Shown: piece after piece, positions 1-14,927 of the stretch | Layout: the number at the start of each line of letters is the position of its first letter | Numbering within the stretch: position 1 is the stretch's first letter | Source: the human T2T-CHM13v2.0 reference genome, Homo sapiens | Length of the DNA: 64,000 nucleotides | NCBI RefSeq assembly: GCF_009914755.1 | Contig: NC_060927.1 | Direction: 5' to 3' (one strand) | Program-made: the position numbers and the translations under genes | The notes under the pieces: generated by a model | Database searches by the model: none | What the model saw: the letters and a program-made list of their open reading frames with translations, nothing else | Told to the model about the DNA's origin: nothing

Positions 1-90
1 ACTTTTTACTAAAGGTTGGTAATATAATGCACTCTAAGCTATGAAAAAAAGGTTATAAAGAAATACATTTTATATAAGAAAGGATTTTGT

Positions 91-512
<422 letters not shown>

Positions 513-1204
513 AGGATTTTGTATGGTAAATACTTGTCATAAAAGGAAATGACTGGTTTTTTAAAGGAAGGATGTTTAGAATGAGTCAGAAAAATGTATG
601 TTGTAAGAGAGTCTGTGAAAATCATGAAAAAATTTAATCATTAAAGGAAAGGAATTGTCAAAATTAATGCTAAAGTTACTTTAGACATCCAATAACGTAT
701 TTCTCTCAATCATACTGCAAGTTATAAAAATGGCCTAAGCCTAAAGTTATTCTCTAATGGCAAGTCAAGGGAGAAATGCATGCTGTTCTCAAGGAAAATG
801 TTACTTTTATGTTAACGTTTCTGGTAATGTACAGCGACATCTAGTGTAGACAATCCAGTATTGCAATCCATTGGTGTAACTAATAGGTACCAAACTCTAA
901 GTCAGTTATGGTCTACAGGACCCCCACTGATGGTGGTAATCTTAATGCTCTTATTCTAACACTATATTTTAAACCTTCTTGTAAAACGTATCTCTTTTCG
1001 CCTAGAAGCAATTAAACTCCAAATGGTACTGCAAGCAGAACCACACATGGACACGCCATTCTTCCAAGAATCCTTAAATCAACCTCAGGAGAAGGCCCAA
1101 CTGCTGCTCCCCTGCATGCTCCTTTTCAGCAGGAAGTGGCCACAAAGAATCATCGTCCAACACCCCCTAACAGCAGTTAGGTTTGCTTCTCTTGAGGGGG
1201 GAAA

Positions 1205-1834
1205 TAATACAGGTGTTACTTAAAAAAGTTTTTTTAGGCAGAGAGAGAGGCTAAAAGGAGTTCTTGGTAAGGCTTTTTCTGTTAATAAAAGCAAACCCCG
1301 AACCATTTCTTTTCTAACAGAAAAACCGCTTGAAGGGCCGGGCCAGGAAGCTTTGATACGCAAATGCCGCCCGTTAGAAATGGTCCACCCAATATGGCGA
1401 CTCCTGCCTTCTTCTTGTCACCATGTGTGCCAAGTGTCATGGCTACCTCCAGATAATACCATGTGTTCAGAACATCATGGCGATCCGTATTTGCATATTA
1501 AAGAGCTAAGGTGGGAAATTTCGCCAGGTTTTTCACAGGCAATGTAAATAACATACCTGGTCAAACCAATCCCCTGGGCCCTATGCAAACCAGACACCAC
1601 CTCCTCCAGCATCCCAATATAAGCAACCACTTTCCTGCCACACACGGGGTTTCTCGTCGTTCGAATCCCCCCTCCCTTTGTCTCTGTACCGGGGAGCTGT
1701 TTTCTTCCTTGCTTCTCTCTTGCCTAATAAACTCTCCGCTCCTTAAAACTACTCCACACGTGTCTGTGTCATTTTATCTAAACTGGCGCGAGACCAAGGA
1801 CCCTGGTGTTCCTTCAGTCATCGGAGCCATGTCA
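1205..1834 (+). mobile_element. ERV1 3' LTR (MER50/MER83-like group; subfamily unresolved)
   Basis: taatacagg... start after PPT, CCAAT, AATAAA near 1726, ends ...gccatgtca. Confidence 0.75.
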
Positions 1835-2716
1835 TTTACACCTCTCTTGGTCCTATTCTTGTCTCACTCTCCTTTGCCTTCCATACACACAGGCACATAA
1901 AAATGAGACTTTTAAAAAATTAAGTTTATACTCACATCTCTGTTACCTCCCACAACAATAACTAGATCGTGAGCTCCTTGGGAAAAAGTCTGGGTCTCGG
2001 GGGCCAAATTTTTTTCCAGTGCCTCATGTACACGAGGTCATAAACAAATGCCCTTCCTGAGGCTACCCAAGCTGCTAAAAGCCTCCCTTGATTGCCAGGA
2101 CAGCAGCATTTGTTTTCATTTGAGTGTTCCAAGTAGCAGCTGACTAAAAGCAGCACAAAAGAATTAAACTTCCAAACAAAACCTCCCATATTCCCTTCTT
2201 TGATATGACAGTTCAGAGCTTGTCCACTCATGCCCTGTGACTTCACAAATGTGTTACACAGGACACTCCAGAAGTTGGGTTAATCTTCTGCTTTTTACAA
2301 AGTGCAGGAAGTGGCAAATTAGACATCATCTTTGAAAAAACTGTGTCTTAAATGGCACATAAACACAAAAGATACAAGGGGAATGATGTTTATAGACATC
2401 TACTGATATCTGAAGAGCCAGATTCAGATGATAATAAATTAAGTACCCTTTTGTACACATTCACATGGTGATCATGACAAGTTATTGCCTACTATTTAAA
2501 ATACATAATAATAAACCATGTACTCTTTCAAATGGACCTTTACAGTTTATGACCTTTTGAACTTTCACTCATCTGAATGTCACAAGGACTTGTGATAGGA
2601 ACAGCAGGTATTACACTCATATGCTCATTTGGGGCTTAGAGAAGTTAAATGCTTTGCTCAGGATCATAAAGCCCTAAGTGACAAAGCAAGCTGTTGGTGG
2701 GGGAGGGGCGGGGGGG

Positions 2717-3103
<387 letters not shown>

Positions 3104-3734
3104 CTATTACACAGGTTTTGCTGCACTTAAGATGAAAAGGTTTAAAAATCAGGGTAGGGAGGGGAAGTAGGTCATGAAATGTATCCCAAACTCTACCCCA
3201 CTGGCAGCACATTCTCTCTGCCAGCTGATCTGCTGGGCTGGTTAGCAGGAGTTTTGCCTACATAAACAGTGTCTGAGAAAATTAGCATCAGTACAAAAGC
3301 CCAAGCCTTTACAATAAGGACAATTTCTACAGCCAGTAGTTTCAAGTTAATGCAGCTCAGTCCCTCCTTGGCCTGAGGCATTACAAGACAGGATGGCCTG
3401 CCAGTTCCAGAGGCAAGAAGGAAGTCACTGGCTGTTGGGACAGAATCTGGGAAAACACACAATGGAGTGTTTAAATCTACACCAGGAGCAGCTTCTTGTT
3501 TTAACGGATCCAAGACGTTGGAACAAGTCACTCCTTCCAAACGTTTAGTCTATTGAAAGATCCACAATTACAACAAACTTGTTTAATGTCTAACAAAGTC
3601 TCAATCAAAATATCTATACAACAATTGAGATCTTCCATATAATGATCTTCCTGAGGAGAATTTACAGATAAAATACTCCACCACAAGGAAAAGGGTCCAT
3701 ATTTATTTTTTACCTACTCATTCAAACATTTAAA

Positions 3735-4570
3735 AAATTTTTTAAACTATATGTATTAAATATACCTTAAAGGGGCACAACTGCAGGCTTCCTACATGCA
3801 TATATTGTGTAGTGGTGAAGTCTGTGCACCCATCATCCACATAGTGAACACTGTACCAAACAGGTCATTTTTCAACCCTCACCCCCGTTTGAAATGCTTG
3901 TTCCCTGGTGCCATAAAGAAATAGCACTTGAACATAAATTTAATTTACTCAGCAAGGCCATTTTTACTTCCTGCAGAAAGGGTACACTTGCCAGAAGTTT
4001 TGCCACAAGAGTACACCGAACAAAGGAGGCAGGGTCATTTATAACCTGACGCATCCACCCTACTGCTGTGTCCGCTTTCCATTGGCTGGAATGGGACCTC
4101 ACATTCTGTATTTGTCCCGACTGGCTAGCAACTTAGAACTTTTAAAAAGAGGCACAGGTACAGGAGAACAAAGGAAGGAGGAAGGAAGGAGGAAGTAACT
4201 TGTGGAATGCTGAGAAAGGTAAAAACACCTTTAAATAAGGAAGAGGGACAGCTATGACCTAATGCTTGCTTGGACCACTATAAGCATGCCAGGGAAAATA
4301 TTCAGGCTAAATTGTCGGCTCTAAGAACATGAAGTGTATTGATTTCTTTATTACAGCTAGCAGATATTTAAGAATGTTAGCACAGGTCTTTGAATAAATT
4401 TTGCTTTTAAGAGAAGTTACTATTTATTCCTAATTAGACGGGGAGGAAAGTCTTTGAAGAGGAACCTCTACTTTACTTTTTACACCCCCCACCCCCGACC
4501 TTTTATAGTCTCCAATGTCTATAATATTCCATTCTGTATGTACCGCACACCCATCGTTTAGCTCCCACTA
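3735..4570 (-). mobile_element. L1P/L1PB 3' end, split by the LTR10
   Basis: catatattgtgtagtggtgaagtctg...acccatca...ttttcaaccctcaccc resumes as agtctccaatgtcta...tttagctcccact. Confidence 0.65.
3886..4484 (-). mobile_element. Solo LTR10C-like (HERV-I group) LTR
   Basis: Reverse complement starts TGTAAAAAGTAAAGTAGAGGTTCCTCTTCAAAGAC; CCAAT, TATA and ATTAAA in order on minus; C-run target duplication. Confidence 0.8.
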
Positions 4571-4624
4571 ATTCATTCAGCAAACATTTGAGTGTTGCCC
4601 ACCAGACACCTAAACACGTACAGA

Positions 4625-4994
4625 TAATACAGGGGTTATTAACACATTATTTTAGCCAGATAGTAAGGGTAAAGGTTCTCGGTGGAAATTTTCCTATAAT
4701 AAGAAACAACCCCTGAATCATCTCTTTTATAACAGAAAAGGTGGCTTAAAGGGCCAGGCCAGCAAGCTTTGATATGCAAATGCCAGCCATTAGAAACTGG
4801 CTTCACTCAATATAGTGATTCCCGCCATCTTCTCCTTGTCACCACTTGTGCCAAGTGTGATGGCCGCCTCCAGATAACACCATGTGTTCAAACATCATAG
4901 TGACCCACCTTTGCATTTTACAGGGCTAAGGTGGGAGGGCCAGGTTTTTTGCAGGCTACGTGAATGACACACCTGGTCAAACCAATCTCCTGGG
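4625..4994 (+). mobile_element. Second, 3'-truncated LTR of the same family as 1205-1834
   Basis: Colinear similarity (aagctttgata, ttagaaa, ctccagataa, acctggtcaaaccaat); intact octamer ATGCAAAT 4774-4781. Confidence 0.75.
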
Positions 4995-5054
4995 TTTTAA
5001 GAACGAATTCTTTTCTTATCTCTATTATTATCATTACTCAATCAAGTTGTCCAG

Positions 5055-5210
5055 TCCAGGGCTACTCAAAGGATGGTCCAAAAACTGGCAGCATCTGAAT
5101 GCAAATTATTGGGCCCTAACTCTGCGTACTGAGTTAGAACATCTGGGGCAGACCCAGGAGTTTCTCCAGGTGATTCTTTTACACATTAGAGTTCAGAAAC
5201 ATTGGCCTAG
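5055..5210. mobile_element. MER5-type hAT MITE
   Basis: cagggctactcaaag...aatgcaaatt...ccaggtgattct...agagttcagaaacattg terminal pattern. Confidence 0.6.
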
Positions 5211-6649
5211 TCAATTAAAGGTGTGAAATAGACTCTCATTAGGCAGTGTTCAATCTTACCGATTTTCTTTGCCAAGGTAATGGGTGAGGCATCTTGGGGC
5301 AACACTGCTAAGAGGACGACTTGTAATGACGAAACTCAGGTAGAACATCTGAATGACAGCTGGTGGCCTCTCTCAGGCTTGAATGGTCCCTCCCCTGAAC
5401 TCCTCCTCAAACTTCAAGACACCACCTCTGTGAAGCCCCCCTCCCCCTACTACTCACTTCTGGACAGACAACTGATCTCTTCATGCTCTCCATGTCAAGT
5501 GGAAGGTTTGGTTTGTGTGCAACTTCCCTGTAAACTTGCTGAGGACAGACACCAGGTTGGAGTCATCTCAGTATCCAGGCACCCAGGATGGTGGACAGCC
5601 ATAAATGGATGGGGAGGAGCATGAGCCCTGCCCCAAATCTCAGGGGACCCATGAGGCATCTACTTTGATGTCACATGACAGCCTACTTTGGGGCCACCAC
5701 TGGCGTCACAGGCCCCCCCCCTCCATCAGCCACTCTACACCCTTGCACTTCTCTAACATGGCAGACTCAGGAAACAAGGAACCCGCAAAGTCAAGCCAGG
5801 TGGCTGTAGTGGGAGTCATAGATTAAGCGTCGCACTGAGTGGAGACTGACAGCACAGCAGAGTGGTCAGACAGCAGAGTGCCCTAGGCTGCGCAAAGAAT
5901 GACTGACGCTTAAAAGTGACTAAGGACTTTATTGAGAGCCTGCCTAGCTTGGTGAAATGCCAAGTCCTTGCCCTCAAAAAGCTGTAGAAGAATCCCATGA
6001 AATTGAAGCCAAATGTGATGAGACATTTCAGCTTCTAGAAAAAAAAAAAAAAAGTATGACACCTATAAGCCTTTACTTGCCAAGATACGTGAACTCAGTG
6101 GCGAAATAGAGGGGATATGCATGAACCATAGAGGCTCAGGGCCCTGAGGACCAAGAGGTACCGGGGGAGAAGGAGGGGCAGGAAGAAGGGGATGAGGAAA
6201 AAGTGGAAGTGGAGTGACACGGTGAGAATTTCCCACTCTGAGATGTCTGATGACACCAAAAAATAAGAGGAGAGAGAAACTGAAGAGAAAGATCATGAAG
6301 AAAACAAAGAACTAAAGCGTTTAAAAAAAATACTGGCAAGCTTTAAAAAGACTCAGGTTTTTAATTAAAATACAATATAAACCTATTCTGATGTTCTTAC
6401 ACTAAAGTAAGGCAATCAGATCCTGTCTTGCCCCAAATTTTCAAATTTTCATTTTGAACACAATAAACGTATCCAAAGGTGAAAATAATGAATTTAACTT
6501 GAAACTATTATTTCATGATCTCTTCTGTGAGGATTGCAAATTGAGGCCTTTAAAGGATGTCAAGTAGATATGAAGAATGCCACTTCGAAACCCATACATC
6601 ACACCATTACACTACACATGGAACACCCAAACCAAGACTGAACACATTC

Positions 6650-6962
6650 AGCCAGGTGCGTTGGCTCACACCTGTAATCCCAACACTGTGGGAGGCCAAG
6701 GCGGGAGCATCACTTGAGGTCAGGAGTTCGAGACCAGCCTGGCCAAGATGGTAAAACCCTGTCTCTAGTAAAAATACCAAAAAAAAAAAAAAAAAAAAAT
6801 TAGCCAGGCATGATGGCGGATGCCTTTAATCCCAGCTACTCAGGATGCTGAGGCAGGAGAATCGCTTAAACCCATCCAGGAGGCAGAGGTTGTAGTGAGG
6901 TGAGATCACACCACTGCACTCCAGCCTGGGCGACAGAATGAGACTGTCTCAAAAAAAAAAAA
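6650..6962 (+). mobile_element. AluS
   Basis: Dimeric Alu; TSD aagactgaaca. Confidence 0.92.
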
Positions 6963-7254
6963 GACTGAACAACACTCCTTTTTCAAAGAAAAATTATGCC
7001 CCATAACTGAGCAGATAAACATATTCCCACTGCTTAACTCTCAAATTCCTTTAGCCCTGAAATTTCCTAGGGCAGAAAAAGCAGAACACAAGGAAAACAC
7101 TATTTTTCCTAACCCACACATCAGCTTTACATTTCAGGGAGTGCTGGAATAGACAGAGCCTGTGGTGGAGGCCATGGCACTACTGTTAATGACCTCAGGA
7201 AAACTGTCACTTCAAGTTCTGAAGAAGGTTCCGAGTTTAGGGAAACAACATGCT

Positions 7255-7663
7255 TGTCGAGGCCAAAGCAACTCCATCTTGGATGCTCATCTGTCATGTT
7301 GACTTATGATTAACCCTAGTCCTGGGAAGGCTTCTAAGACTTCCAGTTTATCTACTGTTTACTGTAAATCCTGCCCTGAGGTCAAAACAACCTTAAATTG
7401 ACTGTACTTCAATTGTCCTACACATCTCTTCTGAATCACAAATACTCTTTCCCTGTTACGTATAGGTCCTGGGTCTGGGGGGGTAATGGTACAGGGATTC
7501 ACCATCTCATCTTGCCACCACCTGAGACATTCCATTCATAGGTATCTATTAAATGATTAAATGGTTCTTTCTGAGAAACTGGATATGTCAGCCTCTTTCT
7601 TTGGTCCCTCAGCTTCCACGGACTTTGGGGGTAGGTTTGCACAGGCCTCCCCACTGCAGAACA
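7255..7663 (+). mobile_element. Solo ERVL LTR (LTR47-like)
   Basis: TG...CA ends with perfect 5-bp TSD ATGCT (7250-7254, 7664-7668); gcaactccatcttggatgct start. Confidence 0.8.
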
Positions 7664-8108
7664 ATGCTTTAGTGAAGAAGGATGTATAACGTATGTTACC
7701 TTCAACACTCCTATTTATTATTTATAATCCCATGTTTAGGTGTTTTCTTAGTAGTGTCTATTTAGGAAAAACAAACAAAATGTGTAAGTATGAAATCATT
7801 GTAGGTAGCATTTGAGAAGTATTAATGCTCTGGAGGAGACACAGAATGCAGCAAATTCTCTAAAGCAGGTGCATCCCATGTTGTTATGTAGTTTGATCCT
7901 TGTGAATGCTTTGTCATGTAGCTTTTAGAACATTGCTGTGAAAATTATCAGAACTCTTCACTGAAACAAATGTTTGGGAAAAATATGTACTTGAAGAACA
8001 AGTGTGTGCCCCTGCCACCAGCTAAGAAGTAGAAAGGATTTAAGTTTGCTCGCATTAGCTATGCTTTCATTATTTTGCTATGTGAGACATATTCAATATA
8101 AGATAGTT

Positions 8109-8412
8109 GGCCAGATGCGGTGGCTTATGCCTGTAAACCCAGTGCTTTAAGAAGCGGAGGCAGGAGAATCATTTGAGCCCAGGAGTTCAAGACAAGCCTG
8201 GGCAATATAGTGAGACCTCTGTCTCTACAAAAAAAATAGAATAAAATAAATTATCCAGGCATAGTGGCTCACACCCATAGTCCCAGCTACTCAGGAGGCT
8301 GAGATGGGAGGATTGCTTGAGACTGGAGGTTGAAGTTATAGTGAGCCGTAATCACGCCACCGCCCTCCAGGCTGAGTGACAGGGCGAGACCCTGTCTCAA
8401 AAAACAAAATAA
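8109..8412 (+). mobile_element. AluJ
   Basis: ttgagcccaggagttcaag, gcaatatagtgagacc. Confidence 0.88.
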
Positions 8413-9422
8413 AGTAGTTAAGGATCAATCAGACTTGGTAAAATATAAATAAAGGTGTGCATAATCAAATTTAACTGCTTGATAGGCTGGCATATAGCAG
8501 TTAAGAATTTTCAAGAAGAATACATCTAATGTAAAGACTCTTAGCTTCTTTGTAGGTTTTGAACTGCCTGTGACCCAGTGATCTGGTAAAGAAATATAAG
8601 CATAAGGTTATTTACCACAGTAGTGTTACTTAATATTATCAAACATTTTCCTCCTCTCATACCATGAATTCAGTTAACAAAGTGACTAAACATATTTTCT
8701 TTCTGGCAAAGCCTTGCTGAAAGTTACCATTTTATCATCCTTTATAACTTCTAATGAATAAGATTATTAAATAAAAATGAATGAGGGAGTGACTATTTAC
8801 ATGGTCAATTGTTCTTTCTTTGAAGCTAGGCACCCATTCACGTAGGTCATGAGGAAAACTATGTATTCGTTCACTGCTTCACCCTAACACTTACAACCCC
8901 TCGCATACAGTGTGTTCAACACATGCTTGTGGAACAATGAATATGGAATAAAGGAATGTCCGTAATCACTTTTAAAAATATACATATATAGTGCTTGAGA
9001 AAGAAATACACTGGTGCTTCCCAAATATCTGAAACTATTTACTAAGACATGCATTAGTATGTCTTAGAGTTAAGAGATTACTAAAACTGATTTTACTTTA
9101 GCAAATACCCAAGAAGAAAACCTAACCTAGAAAATGGCACAAGACTGCAAACAAAAATTGGAAATGGCTCACTAAAGTGCAATTATCCAGGCACTGGATA
9201 ATTACAAACAAAAACAACATAAACCTGGATGAAACAATCAAGTAAATCAATTCCTCAGGACAGTTAATAACTATGTCTGATGAGTTTAGTTGTGAAATTA
9301 AGCCACACTGACATAAGGAGCCAATCGAAAGGACACCATCTAGTCTATGTGCAATTCTGTAGAGAAATCCTAGTAGTTGGAATTCACAGTTTAGCAGAGT
9401 ATCATTAAACACCCATCTTTTG

Positions 9423-10026
9423 GGCTGGGTGCAATGGCTCACACCTGTAATCCCAGCACTTTGGGAGGCAGAGGCGGGCGGATCACTTAAGGTCAGGAGT
9501 TTGACACCAGCCTGGCCAACATGGTGAAACCTCATTTCTACTAAAAATGCAAAAACTAGCCAGGCATGGTGGTGTGTGCCTGTAATCCCAGCTACTTGGG
9601 AGGCTGAGACAGGAGAACTGCAAGAGCCTGGGAGGTGAGGTTGCAGTGAGCCGAGACTGTGCCACTGCACTCCAGCCTGGGCGACTCAGCAAGACTCCAT
9701 CCCCCACCCCCATCCCAAAAAAAAAGACCCATCTTTGGGCCAGGCCTAGCGGCTTACACTTTAATCCTAGCACTTTGGGAGGCCAAGGCGGGTGGACTGC
9801 CAGAGCTAAGTTTGAGACCAGCCTGGGCAACATGGTAAAACCCCATCTCTACTAAAAATACAAAAAGCTAGCTGGGTGTGGCAGGTACATGCCTGTGGTC
9901 CCAGCTACTTGGGAGGCTGAGATGGGAGGATGGCTTGAGCCTGGGAGGCAGAGGCTGCGGTGAGGACACCACTGCACTCCAGCCTGGGCAACAGAGTGAG
10001 ACTCTATCTCAACAACAACAAAAAAG
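9423..10026 (+). mobile_element. Two tandem Alus (AluS 9423-9725; AluJ-like 9738-10026)
   Basis: Each dimeric; separated and flanked by cccatctt. Confidence 0.9.
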
Positions 10027-12259
10027 AGCCCATCTTCACTGGGCTCATAATGGGCTTCTCTTGACCTAATAATTCTCTCTAGTCTAGGTCTCAGCCTTCA
10101 TTTCTTCATACATCTTTCTTCAATAAATCCCTTCCCTAAGGCTTCAATCTTAAATGGATGCAAATGAAGTCGTATAATTTTAAAACCCAAAGGGCCCACA
10201 AATACAGACTGTCTTCTTGGAAACTGATGCCCAGAGAGATGAGTGACAAGCTCTGAGTCACCCAGTTACAGACACGTTCAGACAAGAATCAGGGCAGCAG
10301 GTTTCTACTTCAAGATTCTTTCATTATATCTTGATTGAAAATAGTTCCAGTTTATCTCAATGCTTCTGCAACCCTAACTTTTTTTTTCTCTTCCCCTTCA
10401 TCGACTTAACTTTATACTTATTTTGTTTTGATTTTTCTCCCACTCTTCTGTTCCATCTGTTCCCCTAGACCTAGAAGTAGAGCATCATTCTAAATCCTCA
10501 CCACGTGCAACCTTGTTAGACAAGTACGACAACCAGATCTCTGACCTCTCTTTGACATCTCTGGCTTTCCAGGCTTTTGTAGCCTTTTTACCAACTTAGA
10601 ATTTTAGAATGTCAGAGCTGGAAGGAAAACTACAGAGCAGGCTTTCCCAAACATTCTACAGAACAGCAGATGGAGGACACAACTTTGCAATGAGAGCAGG
10701 CTGAAGAGTTCTGAGATCTGTGATTCACTCAGCTCAGGAAATTGCTGCCCAGCAATTCTCCTCTCAGAGATTCACAATGCACGTCAGCTTTTGAAACACA
10801 CTGACAAAGTCCCAGCAGGCGGAGAGAAATTTACTTAACTCTGCTTAAACTTTAGTCTTTTCACAACTCTTCACATCCCTTGAGACTGCTTTGGGAAGGC
10901 CTTGCCTAGCCCCCTTGTTTTACAGATGAAGACTGAGTCCATCCTTGACATGAGTAACCAATGTCCTGCTCTATATATTGGGGCCAGGGCTCCAACCCAG
11001 CTGAGTCCCAGCCCAGAGCATCCTCTTGAAGTATTTCTCCTCTGCTGGATCCAGTTCTTTCCGGTCTTCCGCACACCAAATACCCAACACTTCACCTGGT
11101 ACTACACATAGTGTATTCACATAGTGACTAGTGTTCACACAGTGTAAAAGATGTCCACATAGTGTGTATTTCTGTGGGGGACAGAAGGGTGGATGCTTGC
11201 TCTTATTTCAGCTTGATCTTACGTCCAATTGTATAGGACATAGGACTGTACTGATTTTGCTTGCATAAGTTCTATGTGATGCTCGATACTGGGATGTGGA
11301 CATGCAAAGCCATCCCAATGATCTAAGAGGTTCCAAGGGACTAGAGGAATAAGCCCAGAGTATCCTGAAGGAGATTTGAGGTGAAGGCTCTTCACATGGG
11401 CATCCTAGGTTTTATGCAAAAGTGGCGGGTGATCCTGGGCCCTTCCAGAAATGTGGTAGTACATGCTAAACTTTCCACACTTCCTTTGCATTTTCTCCTA
11501 ACTTCATAACCAGCTTCCCGTTTTCTCGCTTTTCCTATTGTCTTTCTCACACCAAGTTTTCCTAGTTGATTCCAGAGGCCTTCATGTGCCAGGAATCAAG
11601 GTCTCTTCCCCATTTTTTCTTGGGGGAGGGAGAGCTAGGAAGGACTAACATGTAGGAGTTTTAAGAAAGTGGAAAACATGCTTTGCCTAAAAAGAAGTGG
11701 GCTGGAAGTTACGCAAACAGCTTGCTGCTTTTCTGTTTGGGCATCTCCTGAACAACTGTACAGTTAACGGACAATAATGGTGAGAATTAAAGGGTGGGTG
11801 ACAGAAGCTTTCACTGATGAGAGATAGCCTGTACTCCTTTAATCCAACCAAATAGGCCTACTTCCCAAACATGCAGCTTGGTTTTGTTGATGGTTTATTT
11901 TCTTCTCCTCTATCACCCATGCCACCCGCTTCTCTTGGCCCCTGCGTGATACTATTCTGACCCATTCTTCAAGGTACAGCTTCAATCTGAACCTTTGTAA
12001 TACCATCCTGGCTCAGTTTTCACCCCTTGGAGTTCACAGCCTTGTACTGCCCATTTGAAAATCACCCATGTACTGACGGCCTCCTAACGTCTCTAGGCTT
12101 ATGTTCCTGATTATTTTTGCTTGCTGCACAATATCTTTCATCTTCTCAAATAGATTCTGAATCTCTGAAGCACAGGAACCATTTGCAACACTTGTAAAAA
12201 TGAAAGTAATTCAATAAATATTTATTACATGAAACATTAAATGAGCTTTCTGTAGAATA

Positions 12260-12596
12260 TAGGTCATAAACTCATGTCTTCAAGGACCAGGGCAACTAAT
12301 GGAAATGAGTAAAACAGGTGTAATATCAGGGAGTAGGGAGTCTTGTGGTAAACTAGAGAAACAATGCCCTCAGAAAGCAGCTGCTGCTCAGCCACAGGCG
12401 ATTACATGACACAGAGATGCTGGCCTAGTGTTGCCAGATGGCAATTTTTCAAGAGAAGTAGAAAGCCCAGATTGTGTGAAATACCTGTAATTTTCGGTGT
12501 TGGCAATGAGTTAAAAAATGTTTAATATGCAATGTGGGCCAAAAATAACATGTGCAGGTCAGTCTCTGGCTGTCAAGCTGGCTGTTTGAAAGTTTG
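12260..12596 (+). mobile_element. hAT-Charlie MER102-like element
   Basis: agtgttgccagat...ttttcaagagaag...tgtgaaat...tgttggcaa...tgtgggccaaaa. Confidence 0.7.
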
Positions 12597-12777
12597 ATCA
12601 CATCGTTTCATACAAACAATAATATGCATAACTGACAGTGTTCTAGCCCCTAACCTGGACAACAAACAGAACCAAGGCATAAAATTAGAAATTTGATTGT
12701 TCAGTTTTATTTTGAATTTTAAATTATGTTAATGCATAGAAACAGTTTAATTAGAGAACAATGAAAATGGACATGGA

Positions 12778-13078
<301 letters not shown>

Positions 13079-13976
13079 GAAAATGGACATGGAGATTACG
13101 GAGACTCTAAAGGAATTTATTGGATCTTCTCAAGCTGATGCACTTGTTTCTTTTTAAGATTTCTTTTCCCTTCAAAACAGATTTTATTTTCCTTGATTTG
13201 AGTATAGTCTTGTCAGAGGTAATTATGGTCACTCTTGGGGGAAATAACAAAAGAAATGGAAGGATTAATTTTTCTGAGATCATTACTGGGTTGGAGTTAG
13301 AAGATTAAAGGAAAATAGATGAGATGATATCATATTTATATAAGATATGTATTTTTAATATCTTTATATGAAAGAAAGTCCAAGTGGCCTAAATGCTGTC
13401 CTCCTCACCCTTCACCAGGATAGCACTATCTACACTCAAATACCAGGAAGTAGGCTATTTATAACAGTGTTACGATAGGTGTCCAGTACTGTGCTAAGGG
13501 TCACAGGCAATGCTACAAGGTGTTGGCCCTTGTCCTTGGGGCTGACAGGTTAAACTCTTGGTGGTAACTTACAGACGCTCTGGACATGCAGGATTCTACA
13601 ACCCAAGCAGGGGTGGAAGCTGACAATCCTCACATAAACTGAAAAACCAAAGCAACTTTCAGAGCACGTAAATGTCTTCACCTTTGCAAATGAGTTGGGA
13701 ATTCACATATGCGATCTAATGTGGCTACCACTGACTAAACTTTTGTTTTGTTCTAAACAGCAGAACTGTTTTCAGAGACTTTGGTTTACTCCTTGACTAC
13801 CCTTAGCGGGGACAAATGCTCCTTGCCTGAAGCTGAATTTGATTTCTGGAAAAGCCAAAGTTCTTCTAGGTAATAAGTTGTAGTAAAGCTGAGGATTTCA
13901 TTTTGTTCATAACAAGCAAGACTATAAAGCAATAAGACCGATATTCACATGTACCTCATGAAATGACTTGGAGTAA

Positions 13977-14927
<951 letters not shown>

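Noticed and set aside
11105-11164. Four to five CACATAGTG-like units at irregular spacing
   Set aside because: Short degenerate slippage repeat; no regular repeat-spacer structure, and no nonamer for an RSS.
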